Of a stretch of DNA of 64,000 nt, positions 45,559-55,172 are shown piece after piece. Position 1 is the first letter of the stretch, and every line of letters starts with the position of its first letter. The stretch comes from an uncultured Gemmatimonadales bacterium (GTDB lineage Bacteria > Gemmatimonadota > Gemmatimonadetes > Gemmatimonadales > Gemmatimonadaceae), in contig CAVPQB010000006.1 of the NCBI GenBank assembly GCA_963707505.1, positions 576,001 through 640,000 on the forward strand, read 5' to 3'. The position numbers and the translations under genes are program-made. Under the pieces are notes generated by a model, which had not been told where the DNA came from, made no database searches, and was given only the letters and a program-made list of their open reading frames with translations.

Positions 45559-47987
45559 CATCACATCCGGTAAACAGCGGTCACGATGGTTTGCTCGAAT
45601 CATTCGTGCGGGACCTGCGCTACGCCGCCCGCAGGTTGCGCAACAATTGGGGATTCACGTTACTCGCGGTGCTCACGCTCGCACTCGGCATCGGTGCCAC
45701 GACCGCAGTGTTCAGCGTCGTCAACGGCGTGCTGCTGAGACCGTTGCCATATCCCGAATCCGATCGGATAGTGACGCTTGCAGAGCGTACGAAGTCCGGT
45801 GGCCACATGCGCGTCGCTAATCCCAACTTTGCTGATCTAAGAGACCAGAGTCGAAGCTTCAACGGGTTCGCATTTTTCCGAAATGGTTCGGCGACGGTGG
45901 TTGGGGGAAGCGAGCCCGTGCTCGCCGATGTCGCGAATGTATCGACGGACTTCTTCCCTGTAATGCGTGTGCGGCCAGTGATGGGCCGTCCCTTCACGCG
46001 TGAGGAAACATCACCCGGCGGGCCGGCGACGGCGCTGGTGAGCTTCGATTACTGGCGCGACCATCTTGGCAGTGCGGCCAACCTCGGTGACCACACTCTC
46101 AAAATCGACGGTACGAGCTATCAGGTTGTCGGCGTGCTGCCTGGCGGCTTTCACTTCCCCGATGCAACCGATGTGTGGGTTCCTGAGGCGCTGGACGTGG
46201 GGCCGACAAGAACCGCTCACAATCTTCAGCTTGTCGCCCGACTTAAGGATGGTGTGACGGTCGCGCAGGCGCAGACCGACGTGAATCTCATCTACAAGCG
46301 CCTCAAGGACGCCTACGGCACCGGGATGGACGCGTATGGCTTCGATCTGACGACGTTGCACGATGATCTGGTTGGATCCGTGCGGAACCCGTTGCTGCTG
46401 CTGCTCGGCGCGGCTGCGCTCGTGCTGCTCGTCGCATGCACGAACGTCGCGAGCACGCTGCTGGCCGCCGGTGCCGCGCGACGCGGTGAGATAGCAATCC
46501 GCTCCGCGCTCGGTGCGAAGCGTGCGCGGATGTTGCGACAGCTCACCACCGAAGGATTGTTGCTGGCGATGCTCGGGGCCGCAGCTGGCCTCGCACTGGC
46601 GGCACTCGTGCTGAAGATGATGCAGCTGCTCGCACCGCCTGGTGCTCTACCGCAAACCGGTGATTTCACTCTGGACGGACGAGTAGTGGCGTTCGCGCTT
46701 GTGGTTGGAATCTTTTCCGCGGTCGTATCCAGTCTGTTTCCCGCATTTCGCACATCGCGCGCCAGTATCACGCATGATCTCGCCACACGTGGCGACGTCG
46801 GCGGTCACGGCAGAATCTGGGGCCTGCTCGTCGCGACAGAGGTGGCGATGGCGCTGCTGCTACTCGTCGGTTGCGGGTTGCTCGTGCGCAGCTTCGCCAA
46901 GGTGGCGAGCATCGATCCCGGCTTTCACTCCGACCACGTTCTGACGGCGGATATCGCGCTACCGGAAGCGAACTATCCGGATACGAACTCGGTCGCAACG
47001 TTCTACAGTCAGATCCTGCCGCAGCTGGCCCGGCTACCCGGCGTACAGCAGGCAGGCATGACGCACCACATTCCGCTCACCGGCGCGGCCGAGAACGGCG
47101 GCTTCGAGATAGAAGGCGTCGGCAAGCTCAAGGACTACACCGATTACGGCATAGCAACGAGCGGATATTTTCAGGCACTCAAGATTCCACTCAAGAGCGG
47201 CCGGCTGTTCGATGATCGAGACCGCGCTGGAACGGGCGATGTAGCGGTCGTGAATCAGACGTTCGCGAAGGAATTCTTCCCGGGTGTGAATCCAGTCGGA
47301 AAGCGAGTTCGCAATCTCGCCAACGACGATTGGATTTACGGCGCGAATCGTTGGGTCACCATCATCGGAGTCGTCGGCGACATCCACGAAGCGAGCCTTA
47401 CCGCGCCGCCGACGCCGGCCATCTTTGTGAATCCGCTCCAGCGTCCGTTCAAGGCGCGGTATGCGTCGCTCGTATTGCGAAGCACAGTCCCGCCGGAATC
47501 GCTCGTGCCGGCCATGCACGCAATCCTCAAGCAACGTGGTGTCCCTGCGATGTTCCTGACCATGGACGCGCGCATGTCGGACTCTGTTGCCGGCCGCAAG
47601 TTCAGCACGTCGGTGCTCAGCTTCTTTGCTGTCGTCGCACTGGTGCTCGCGGCGATCGGTATATACGGCGTGGTGTCGTACCAGGTTGTTCAGCGTACCC
47701 GTGAGATGGGTATCCGCATGGCACTCGGCGCACAGCCAGCGCAGGTGCGAGGGCTGATAGTCCGTAACTCGATGCGCGTCGTGGGGCTTGGCCTCGTCGT
47801 AGGTGTGCTCGCAACACCGCTGCTGACCCACGCGCTGCAGACCCTGTTGTTCGGAATCAGTACGACCGATCCCGACACGTTCGTGATTGTGTTGCTGATC
47901 TTCTCCGCAGTTGCGATGCTGGCGAGTCTCATACCGGCTCACCGCGCTACGCGTATAGATCCGGTATTGGCACTGAGAAGCGAATGA
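45555..47987 (+). CDS. ABC transporter permease (duplicated MacB/FtsX, ADOP-like)
   Basis: DLRYAARRL, TLALGIGATTAVFSVV, REMGIRMALGA, DPVLALRSE. Confidence 0.93.
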   Translation: MTSHPVNSGHDGLLESFVRDLRYAARRLRNNWGFTLLAVLTLALGIGATTAVFSVVNGVLLRPLPYPESDRIVTLAERTKSGGHMRVANPNFADLRDQSRSFNGFAFFRNGSATVVGGSEPVLADVANVSTDFFPVMRVRPVMGRPFTREETSPGGPATALVSFDYWRDHLGSAANLGDHTLKIDGTSYQVVGVLPGGFHFPDATDVWVPEALDVGPTRTAHNLQLVARLKDGVTVAQAQTDVNLIYKRLKDAYGTGMDAYGFDLTTLHDDLVGSVRNPLLLLLGAAALVLLVACTNVASTLLAAGAARRGEIAIRSALGAKRARMLRQLTTEGLLLAMLGAAAGLALAALVLKMMQLLAPPGALPQTGDFTLDGRVVAFALVVGIFSAVVSSLFPAFRTSRASITHDLATRGDVGGHGRIWGLLVATEVAMALLLLVGCGLLVRSFAKVASIDPGFHSDHVLTADIALPEANYPDTNSVATFYSQILPQLARLPGVQQAGMTHHIPLTGAAENGGFEIEGVGKLKDYTDYGIATSGYFQALKIPLKSGRLFDDRDRAGTGDVAVVNQTFAKEFFPGVNPVGKRVRNLANDDWIYGANRWVTIIGVVGDIHEASLTAPPTPAIFVNPLQRPFKARYASLVLRSTVPPESLVPAMHAILKQRGVPAMFLTMDARMSDSVAGRKFSTSVLSFFAVVALVLAAIGIYGVVSYQVVQRTREMGIRMALGAQPAQVRGLIVRNSMRVVGLGLVVGVLATPLLTHALQTLLFGISTTDPDTFVIVLLIFSAVAMLASLIPAHRATRIDPVLALRSE

Positions 47988-48814
47988 GTCAAAACTACCC
48001 ACGACCCGAGAGCACCATGACAGACAAGGCCACCGCAGATTCGACGTCATCTTCCGCGACTACGAACGCACAATCGACGCAGTCGCTTATCAAGCTCGAC
48101 GGTGTCACGAAGGTCTACTACACCGACGAGCTCGAGACGCACGCGCTCTCCGGTATTCAGCTGGATATTCTGGAAGGCGAATATGTGGCAATCGCCGGTC
48201 CATCCGGCGGTGGCAAAACGACGCTCCTATCGATACTCGGATTGCTCGACTCGCCTACCAATGGCGTGTACCTGCTCGGTGGCCAGCCCGTGGAATCCCT
48301 GAGCCGATCCCAGCGCGCGGACGTTCGCAATCAGAGAATCGGTTTCATCTTCCAGGCGTTCAACCTGATCGGTGACCTCACCGTTTACGAGAACGTGGAG
48401 CTGCCACTCACGTATCGCGGAATGCCGTCCGACGAGCGCAGGCAGAGAGTGAATGCGGCGCTCGAACGAGTCGGGATGTCGCATCGCACCAATCACTATC
48501 CGGCGCAGCTGTCAGGTGGTCAGCAACAACGTGTCGCGGTTGCGCGCGCTGTGTCGGGAGATCCACTCATTCTTCTCGCCGATGAGCCGACGGGAAATCT
48601 CGACTCGGCGAACGGCGAAGCAATCATGGACCTGCTCGGCGAACTGCACGCCAACGGCGCCACGATCTGCATGGTGACGCACGATCCGCGCTTCGCACGA
48701 CATGCAGATCGCTCGGTGCATCTGTTCGACGGACGAATCGTGGAAGAGGAGCGCGGTGAGCGTGCGGCTACGGACCAGCGCGAGCTGCGTGAGAGTGGGT
48801 TCGGCGTTGCGTAA
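47984..48814 (+). CDS. ABC transporter ATP-binding protein (MacB/LolD-like)
   Basis: GPSGGGKT, LSGGQQQRV, LLADEPTGNLD, MVTHD. Confidence 0.95.
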   Translation: MSQNYPRPESTMTDKATADSTSSSATTNAQSTQSLIKLDGVTKVYYTDELETHALSGIQLDILEGEYVAIAGPSGGGKTTLLSILGLLDSPTNGVYLLGGQPVESLSRSQRADVRNQRIGFIFQAFNLIGDLTVYENVELPLTYRGMPSDERRQRVNAALERVGMSHRTNHYPAQLSGGQQQRVAVARAVSGDPLILLADEPTGNLDSANGEAIMDLLGELHANGATICMVTHDPRFARHADRSVHLFDGRIVEEERGERAATDQRELRESGFGVA

Positions 48815-48853
48815 TGAGCGCGTTGTTACAGGACATCGGGCTCCCCCTCCGCA

Positions 48854-50386
48854 ATGAATAGCTCCAACTCTCACCTACGCATCGTAATCGCACTTGGCGC
48901 GACGCTCCTTTACGGCGTCGTCATGCCATGCGCCGCTCACGCACAGATCCCCACCACGGGTCGCACCCAGCTCCCCGATGCGTCACCAACAACGTTGACG
49001 ATGGATCAGGCAGTTACTCTGGCCCACAAGAGCAATCCGGATTTCCTCACGACGCGCAACAACCGGCGCAATGCATCGGCGGAATTACGGACCGCGTATG
49101 GAGCGCTGCTTCCTCGATTCAGCGCATCGCTCTCGGGTCAGTACCAGCAGGGCGGACAGCAGTTCTTCAACGGCGTATCGCTGAGCTCCAGCAGCGACGT
49201 CATGCAATCACAGTACGACATCGGCCTCAACTACAGCATCAACGCGGCGACGTTCATCACGCCCCGGGTTCAGCGTGCGAACAGTGCCGCGGTGAATGCC
49301 GATATCGTCGGCGCATCTGAGAGCCTTACCGCGACTGTCAAGCAGGATTACCTGACCGCGCTTCAGAGCCTGGCTCAGGCGGAGCTGCAGGACTCACTCG
49401 TCGCAAATGCCAGGGCGCAACTGGAGCTGGCGCAGGCGCGATCGCAGGTCGGCACTGGCACACTGCTCGACGTGCGGCGGGCGGAAGTGGCGCTCAGCCA
49501 GCAGCAGGTAGCGCTGCTCAACGCACGCAATCAGAACGAGATCGACAAGCTGCGACTTTTCCAGCAGATGGGAGTGCCACAGCCGCAGAACGTTCAACTC
49601 GTCAGCAATCTGAAAGTGGGTGATCCATTGCCGCCACTGGATACCATCCTCGCGCTTGCGCACCGCCAGAATCCGGGCGTCGTCGCATTGAGAGCGCGCG
49701 AGCATGTTGCAGACCTGACCGTGGATCGCGAACGAACCGAATACACTCCCACACTCACGCTCAGTACCGGTATTGGCGGATACACGTATCAGTATCGTGA
49801 TCCAAACTTTCTCGTGAATCAGGCACAGGCGAGCACGGCCAACGCAAGGTCGAGCTGTATCGCAACCCAGGAGGTACGGCAGGCCGTCGGGCTTCCAAAC
49901 ACACTGGCTCAGTGCAGCACGATCCAGTTCACCGATGCCCAGGCCGCGCAGCTGCGAGCGCAGAATTCGCAGTTCCCCTTCTCGTTCACACCCGCACCGC
50001 GCAGCGTAACGGCGCAGATCTCGCTTCCCATCTTCGACGGCTTTGCCCGGGAACAGCGCCTGCAGGAGTCGGAGGTCGCGCGTGAGAACGCCCGCTACAA
50101 GGTCAAGTCGAGCGAGCTGGCGCTCAATGCCGACATCACAGCCGCGTATCTGTCGCTCCAGACTGCGCAGCAGACCGTCGCTCTTCAGGAGGCAAACGCC
50201 GCCAAGGCACGCCAGGAGCTGGACTTCGTGCAGAACGAATACGCGGTCGGTCTCTCCACCTTCATCGATCTGTCGACGTCGCGAACGGCGTATGCTCAAG
50301 CGCAGACCGATCGCATCAACGCGATCTACAGCTATCACAAGGCATTCGCGGTGCTGGAAAGCGCGGTGGGACGGCCGTTGCGATGA
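48854..50386 (+). CDS. TolC family outer membrane efflux protein
   Basis: Signal peptide; A...NPD..., LLP, SLPIFDG, duplicated OEP halves. Confidence 0.9.
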   Translation: MNSSNSHLRIVIALGATLLYGVVMPCAAHAQIPTTGRTQLPDASPTTLTMDQAVTLAHKSNPDFLTTRNNRRNASAELRTAYGALLPRFSASLSGQYQQGGQQFFNGVSLSSSSDVMQSQYDIGLNYSINAATFITPRVQRANSAAVNADIVGASESLTATVKQDYLTALQSLAQAELQDSLVANARAQLELAQARSQVGTGTLLDVRRAEVALSQQQVALLNARNQNEIDKLRLFQQMGVPQPQNVQLVSNLKVGDPLPPLDTILALAHRQNPGVVALRAREHVADLTVDRERTEYTPTLTLSTGIGGYTYQYRDPNFLVNQAQASTANARSSCIATQEVRQAVGLPNTLAQCSTIQFTDAQAAQLRAQNSQFPFSFTPAPRSVTAQISLPIFDGFAREQRLQESEVARENARYKVKSSELALNADITAAYLSLQTAQQTVALQEANAAKARQELDFVQNEYAVGLSTFIDLSTSRTAYAQAQTDRINAIYSYHKAFAVLESAVGRPLR

Positions 50387-50472
50387 CTGCGCAAAAGTCC
50401 GCTGCGTAAATTTACGCAACAGGCATATACGGTATATTGCGAGAGCGAACTGTCGCCACCGCCGAATCCCCG

Positions 50473-51825
50473 ATGCCAACGATCCTCGTAGCCGACGACC
50501 AGCCGGACATCATCGAGGCCCTGCGCCTTCTGCTCAAGGGCGCCGGCTACAGCATCGAGACCGCGCGCTCCGTCGCTGGCATAATCGCGGCCGTGGAGAC
50601 CAAACCGCTCGACGTGGTTCTCATGGACCTGAACTACACGCGCGATACGACATCCGGGCGCGAAGGCCTGAGCGTCCTCGCCCACATAAAAGAGCTCGAT
50701 GACTCGCTCCCCATCATCGTCATGACTGCGTGGGGGAGTGTCAACGGCGCTGTGGACGCGATCCGCCATGGTGCATCGGATTACATCGAAAAGCCATGGG
50801 ACAACACCCGCCTCCTCACCACCATCAACACCCAGCTCGAGCTCAGCCGGGCCGTGCGTGCCGGCCGCCAACTCGAGCGTGAGAACCGCGCGCTCAAGCG
50901 GACCGGCATGCCTGAATTGATCGCCATGTCACCGCGCATGCGGCCGATCCTCGATCTCATGGAGCGCGTTGCTCCGTCGGACGCGAACGTGCTGATCACG
51001 GGCGAGCACGGGACCGGCAAGGAAGTGGTCGCACGTTGGCTGCACGCCGCATCACCACGCACACGCTCTGCGTTCGTCGCTGTCAACTTGGGAGGCCTGT
51101 CCGACGGAGTCTTCGAGAGCGAGCTGTTCGGTCACGTCAAGGGATCGTTCACTGACGCGAGGGCTGATCGCGCTGGGCGCTTCGAGCTTGCCGACGGCGG
51201 GACGTTGTTCCTCGATGAGGTGGCGAACGTCCCGCTTAATCTCCAGTCGAAGTTGTTGCGCGTGTTACAGACACGCGAAGTAGAGCGCGTGGGATCGTCG
51301 CGCCCGAAAGTCGTCAACGTGCGTGTGTTGTCTGCAACCAACGTCGATCCGCACAAGGAAGTATCGGCGGGCCGCTTTCGTGAAGACCTGCTGTTTCGTC
51401 TCAATACCATCGAGCTCAAGCTGCCTCCGCTGCGCGAGCGACGTGAAGACATCCCAGCGCTTGCCTCGCACTTTCTGAAACGGCAGTCCGTGCGTTACAG
51501 CAAACAGCTAGCCGGCTTCGACCAGGCGGCGATGCAGGCGCTCATGGATCATCTCTGGCCCGGCAACATCCGGGAATTGGAACATACCATCGAGCGTGCA
51601 GTGCTTCTCGCTACTGGCGAATTTGTGCGCACGTCCGATCTTGCGTTGAACGAGCGCGGTTCGGGCAACGCACAACGACTCGAAGAGCTGACCCTGAGCG
51701 AAGCGGAGCGCACACTCATAGAGAAGGCGCTCGCTCGCTTCGATGGGAATGTGAGCCACGCGGCGAAAGCGCTGGGCATCAGTCGCAGTGCGCTCTACCG
51801 GCGCATGTCGGCGCATGGCCTCTGA
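50473..51825 (+). CDS. sigma54-dependent (NtrC-family) response regulator
   Basis: VADDQ, LMDLN, GEHGTGKE, ESELFGH..GSFTDA, LFLDE, WPGNIRELE, Fis HTH. Confidence 0.95.
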   Translation: MPTILVADDQPDIIEALRLLLKGAGYSIETARSVAGIIAAVETKPLDVVLMDLNYTRDTTSGREGLSVLAHIKELDDSLPIIVMTAWGSVNGAVDAIRHGASDYIEKPWDNTRLLTTINTQLELSRAVRAGRQLERENRALKRTGMPELIAMSPRMRPILDLMERVAPSDANVLITGEHGTGKEVVARWLHAASPRTRSAFVAVNLGGLSDGVFESELFGHVKGSFTDARADRAGRFELADGGTLFLDEVANVPLNLQSKLLRVLQTREVERVGSSRPKVVNVRVLSATNVDPHKEVSAGRFREDLLFRLNTIELKLPPLRERREDIPALASHFLKRQSVRYSKQLAGFDQAAMQALMDHLWPGNIRELEHTIERAVLLATGEFVRTSDLALNERGSGNAQRLEELTLSEAERTLIEKALARFDGNVSHAAKALGISRSALYRRMSAHGL

Positions 51826-53164
51826 CGACAGACTGATCGGATCTGAACGCGGCGCCGTGCATTTCGAACGGCGCGTCTTGTTGCTGGCAATCGCTGTCGC
51901 GCTACCTGGCATGTTGCTCGCGCTCGTACTGCTCTGGATGAGCGGCTACTCACTGGGCGCACGTGTTGCACTCACCCTGCTGACCGCGCTCGTATCGCTC
52001 GCGATCGCTGCCGCGTTACGCGCTTACGTGATCCATCCGCTTCGAACGGTCTCCAATCTCGCCGCCGCGCTGCGCGAAGGTGACTTTTCAGTGCGCGCGC
52101 GCGGTGAGAGCACCAGCGACGCACTTGGGCTCGCACTGCTCGAGTTCAACAGACTGGGCGCCATACTCCACACTCAGCGACTCACCGCACTCGACGCGTC
52201 GGCCCTTGCGCGGACAGTGATGCGCGAGATCAACGTCGCGGTCTTCGCGTTCGACGATGAAGACATCCTCCGCCTCGTCAACCGTGCCGGTGAGCGACTC
52301 ATCAACCTTCCATCGGAGCGCGCCATCGGTCGCTCGGCGACTGCACTCGGACTCGCCGATTGTCTCGTCGGTGATCCCGACCGTGCCTTCGAGGGAGAGT
52401 TCGTTCCCGGTGAGAATCGGTGGCAACTGCGCAGGACGACTTTTCGGCAGGGCGGGCGACCGCATCGGCTCGTAGTTCTCGCCGATCTGAGCCGCGCGCT
52501 GCGCGATGAAGAGCGCAGCGCATGGCAGCGATTGCTGCGCGTGCTCGGCCACGAGATCAACAATTCACTCGCGCCCATCCAATCGCTCTCCGCAACACTT
52601 CGCGAGCACGTCAGACGAACGCCGCGCGCGAACGATTGGGAAGAAGATCTCGATCGCGGACTGGAAGTGATTGGTGGCAGATCGGCGGCGCTCGCGCGCT
52701 TCATGGCGTCGTACACGCTGCTCGCGCGAATGCCGGCGCCCACACGAGCGCCAGTCGACGTTTCGGCATGGATTGGCCGCATGGTCCAGATGGAAACCCG
52801 CGTTCACATCGACGTCGAGCCCGGTCCGGAGCTGATGATAGATGCCGATGCGGATCAGCTGGATCAGATGCTCATCAACCTCATCCGCAACGCAGCCGAT
52901 GCGTCGCTCGAGACCGGCGGCGGGGTCACCGTCGCGTGGAGCGTCGATGAGTCGTTCATCGACATCTCGATACACGATGAAGGATTCGGTCTTCCTGAAA
53001 CCGCCAATCTCTTCGTCCCGTTCTTTACGACAAAGCCCGGCGGATCCGGAATAGGGCTCGTCCTCAGCCGGCAGATCGCCGAAGCGCATGGTGGCAGCCT
53101 TGCACTGATCGACGGGCAGGGCTGCGAGGCGCGGGTGCGCCTTCCGATCGCCCCCCTCTCATAG
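51815..53164 (+). CDS. Sensor histidine kinase (NtrY-like)
   Basis: 2 TM, HAMP/PAS-like region, LGHEINNSLAPI, NLIRNA, DEG.G, FFTTK..GSGIGL. Confidence 0.92.
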   Translation: MASDDRLIGSERGAVHFERRVLLLAIAVALPGMLLALVLLWMSGYSLGARVALTLLTALVSLAIAAALRAYVIHPLRTVSNLAAALREGDFSVRARGESTSDALGLALLEFNRLGAILHTQRLTALDASALARTVMREINVAVFAFDDEDILRLVNRAGERLINLPSERAIGRSATALGLADCLVGDPDRAFEGEFVPGENRWQLRRTTFRQGGRPHRLVVLADLSRALRDEERSAWQRLLRVLGHEINNSLAPIQSLSATLREHVRRTPRANDWEEDLDRGLEVIGGRSAALARFMASYTLLARMPAPTRAPVDVSAWIGRMVQMETRVHIDVEPGPELMIDADADQLDQMLINLIRNAADASLETGGGVTVAWSVDESFIDISIHDEGFGLPETANLFVPFFTTKPGGSGIGLVLSRQIAEAHGGSLALIDGQGCEARVRLPIAPLS

Positions 53165-53222
53165 AGGAAGATCCGTTGTCGAACGATCGTTCGAATGACC
53201 ACCACGGCTTGTTCGAGCTCCG

Positions 53223-53249
53223 TGTCGATTCTCCCACACCTCGTTCGAC
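53223..53249 (+). promoter_or_regulatory. ECF42-type promoter upstream of yciI
   Basis: TGTCGA-17 nt-CGAC, similar to the ECF42 consensus as recalled; upstream of the yciI-ECF42 pair. Confidence 0.65.
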
Positions 53250-53329
53250 GTGTAGGTAGAGCCCGGATATTGCCGGGCGGACAACGGAGGCAGGCTCCTC
53301 CACACAAACGAACAATAGGAGATGGGACA

Positions 53330-53743
53330 ATGCGATTCATGATTATCGTAAAGGCGACGAAGGAGTCCGAAGCTGGCGTGATGCCGAACCGTGACCTGCT
53401 GGCAAGCATGGGCGCGTACAATGAAGAGCTTGTAAAGGCCGGCGTGATGCTGGCAGGTGACGGGCTCCTCTCCAGCGCGAAGGGCGCCCGTGTGAAGTTC
53501 GCGAACGGCAAGACTACCATCATCGACGGGCCGTTCACCGAGACCAAGGAGCTCGTTGCAGGCTTCTGGATATGGCAGGTCAAGTCGAGGGATGAAGCGA
53601 TAGCGTGGCTTCGGCGAGCGCCGTTCGACGACGCTGAGGTGGAGATCCGTCAGGTGGCCGAAGCCGAGGATTTCGGTGATGAATTCACACCGGAGCTGAG
53701 AGAGCAGGAAGACCAGCTGAGGGCACAGATCGCGCGCGGATAA
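53330..53743 (+). CDS. YciI/DGPF family protein
   Basis: DGPFTETKELVAGFW, EVEIRQV. Confidence 0.93.
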   Translation: MRFMIIVKATKESEAGVMPNRDLLASMGAYNEELVKAGVMLAGDGLLSSAKGARVKFANGKTTIIDGPFTETKELVAGFWIWQVKSRDEAIAWLRRAPFDDAEVEIRQVAEAEDFGDEFTPELREQEDQLRAQIARG

Positions 53744-53749
53744 GGGTAT

Positions 53750-53776
53750 CGTCATTCCAGCGAACGCGGGGATGAC
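53750..53776. repeat. CGTC-tagged REP-like palindrome
   Basis: cgtcattccagcgaacgcggggatgac, an imperfect version of CGTCATTCCCGCG..CGCGGGAATGAC. Confidence 0.6.
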
Positions 53777-53822
53777 AACTCCCAGCTTGAACAACTGGTC
53801 GCGCATGCACTGATTTGTATGC

Positions 53823-55172
53823 GTGACGGAATCCGCTACGCATCGCGCAATCGACGCGGTCTGGAGAATCGAATCCGCGAAGCTCATCGCTGGCCTGGCA
53901 CGCATGGTGCGCGACGTCGGCCTCGCCGAGGACCTCGCGCAGGATGCACTTGTCGCCGCGCTCGAGCAGTGGCCGGAATCGGGAGTTCCCGACAACCCTG
54001 GCGCATGGCTCATGGCGACCGCAAAACGCCGCGCGATCGACGCCATGCGTCATGGTAAAGTCGTCGAGCGGAAGCAGGAGGACATCGGGCACGAGATCGA
54101 GGCGCAGCGCGATGCTACCGCTGTCGATCTCGACGCGGCCATCGATGACGATGTCGGTGATGACCTGCTTCGTCTCGTCTTCATCTCCTGTCATCCTGTC
54201 CTTTCATCCGAAGCGCGCGTCTCGCTTACGCTGCGTCTCCTCGGCGGACTCACCACTGACGAGATAGCCCGGGCCTTCCTCGTTGCAGAGCCGACGATCG
54301 CGCAGCGGATTGTTCGCGCCAAGCGCACACTTCGTGACGCCGGAGTGCCGTTCGAGCTCCCGCGTGGAGATGCGCGCGCCGCGCGGCTGGCATCCGTGCT
54401 CGAAGTCATCTACCTCGTCTTCAACGAAGGTTACTCGGCGACCGCCGGTGACGACTGGATGCGGCCTGCGCTGTGCGAGGATGCGCTGAGGCTTGGGCGC
54501 GTTCTGGCGGAGCTCGCACCGGAAGAGCCGGAAGTTCACGGATTGGTCGCTTTGATGGAGATCCAGGCCTCGCGCGCGCACGCGCGCGTCGATCAGGCCG
54601 GCGATCCGGTGCTTCTCCTGGAACAGAATCGCGCGCGCTGGGATCAGCTTCTCATTCATCGCGGCCTCGCCGCACTCGAGCGCGCCGAGCGACTCGGCGG
54701 CAGTCCCGGATCGTATACGTTGCAGGCCGCGATCGCAGCGTGTCATGCGCGCGCACGAACGCCCGGAGAGACGGACTGGCACCGCATCGCGTCGCTGTAC
54801 GCAGTACTGGTGCAACTCGTTCCATCTCCCGTCATCGAGCTCAATCGCGCAGTTGCTGTATCGATGGCGTCCGGTCCCGCCGCGGGTCTGGAAGTAGTTG
54901 ACACACTCATGTCTGAGCCGTCACTACGGAACTATCACCTGTTACCCGCGGTGCGCGGCGATCTGCTCGCCAAGCTTGACCGTCGCGACGAAGCAAGATC
55001 CGAATTCGAGCGCGCCGCTTCGCTCACGCGCAACATACGAGAGCGCAATCTGCTCAACGGCCGCGCGGCTGCGATGACGCCTTACGACAAGACACCCACC
55101 AGTTCTATTTCCCGCCCGCCAGCGCGTGCGTCAGTCGATACAAAAACTCCTGACCATCATAGTACGACCTGA
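53823..55172 (+). CDS. ECF42 sigma factor with C-terminal TPR region
   Basis: LAEDLAQDAL, DDLLRLVF..CHP, IYLVFNEGY, YTLQAAIAACH; adjacent DGPF gene. Confidence 0.93.
   Translation: MTESATHRAIDAVWRIESAKLIAGLARMVRDVGLAEDLAQDALVAALEQWPESGVPDNPGAWLMATAKRRAIDAMRHGKVVERKQEDIGHEIEAQRDATAVDLDAAIDDDVGDDLLRLVFISCHPVLSSEARVSLTLRLLGGLTTDEIARAFLVAEPTIAQRIVRAKRTLRDAGVPFELPRGDARAARLASVLEVIYLVFNEGYSATAGDDWMRPALCEDALRLGRVLAELAPEEPEVHGLVALMEIQASRAHARVDQAGDPVLLLEQNRARWDQLLIHRGLAALERAERLGGSPGSYTLQAAIAACHARARTPGETDWHRIASLYAVLVQLVPSPVIELNRAVAVSMASGPAAGLEVVDTLMSEPSLRNYHLLPAVRGDLLAKLDRRDEARSEFERAASLTRNIRERNLLNGRAAAMTPYDKTPTSSISRPPARASVDTKTPDHHSTT

Noticed and set aside
55105..55172. Convergent overlap of ECF42 and the M20 peptidase
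   Set aside because: Short overlap explained by a low-complexity C-terminal tail; no sign of function
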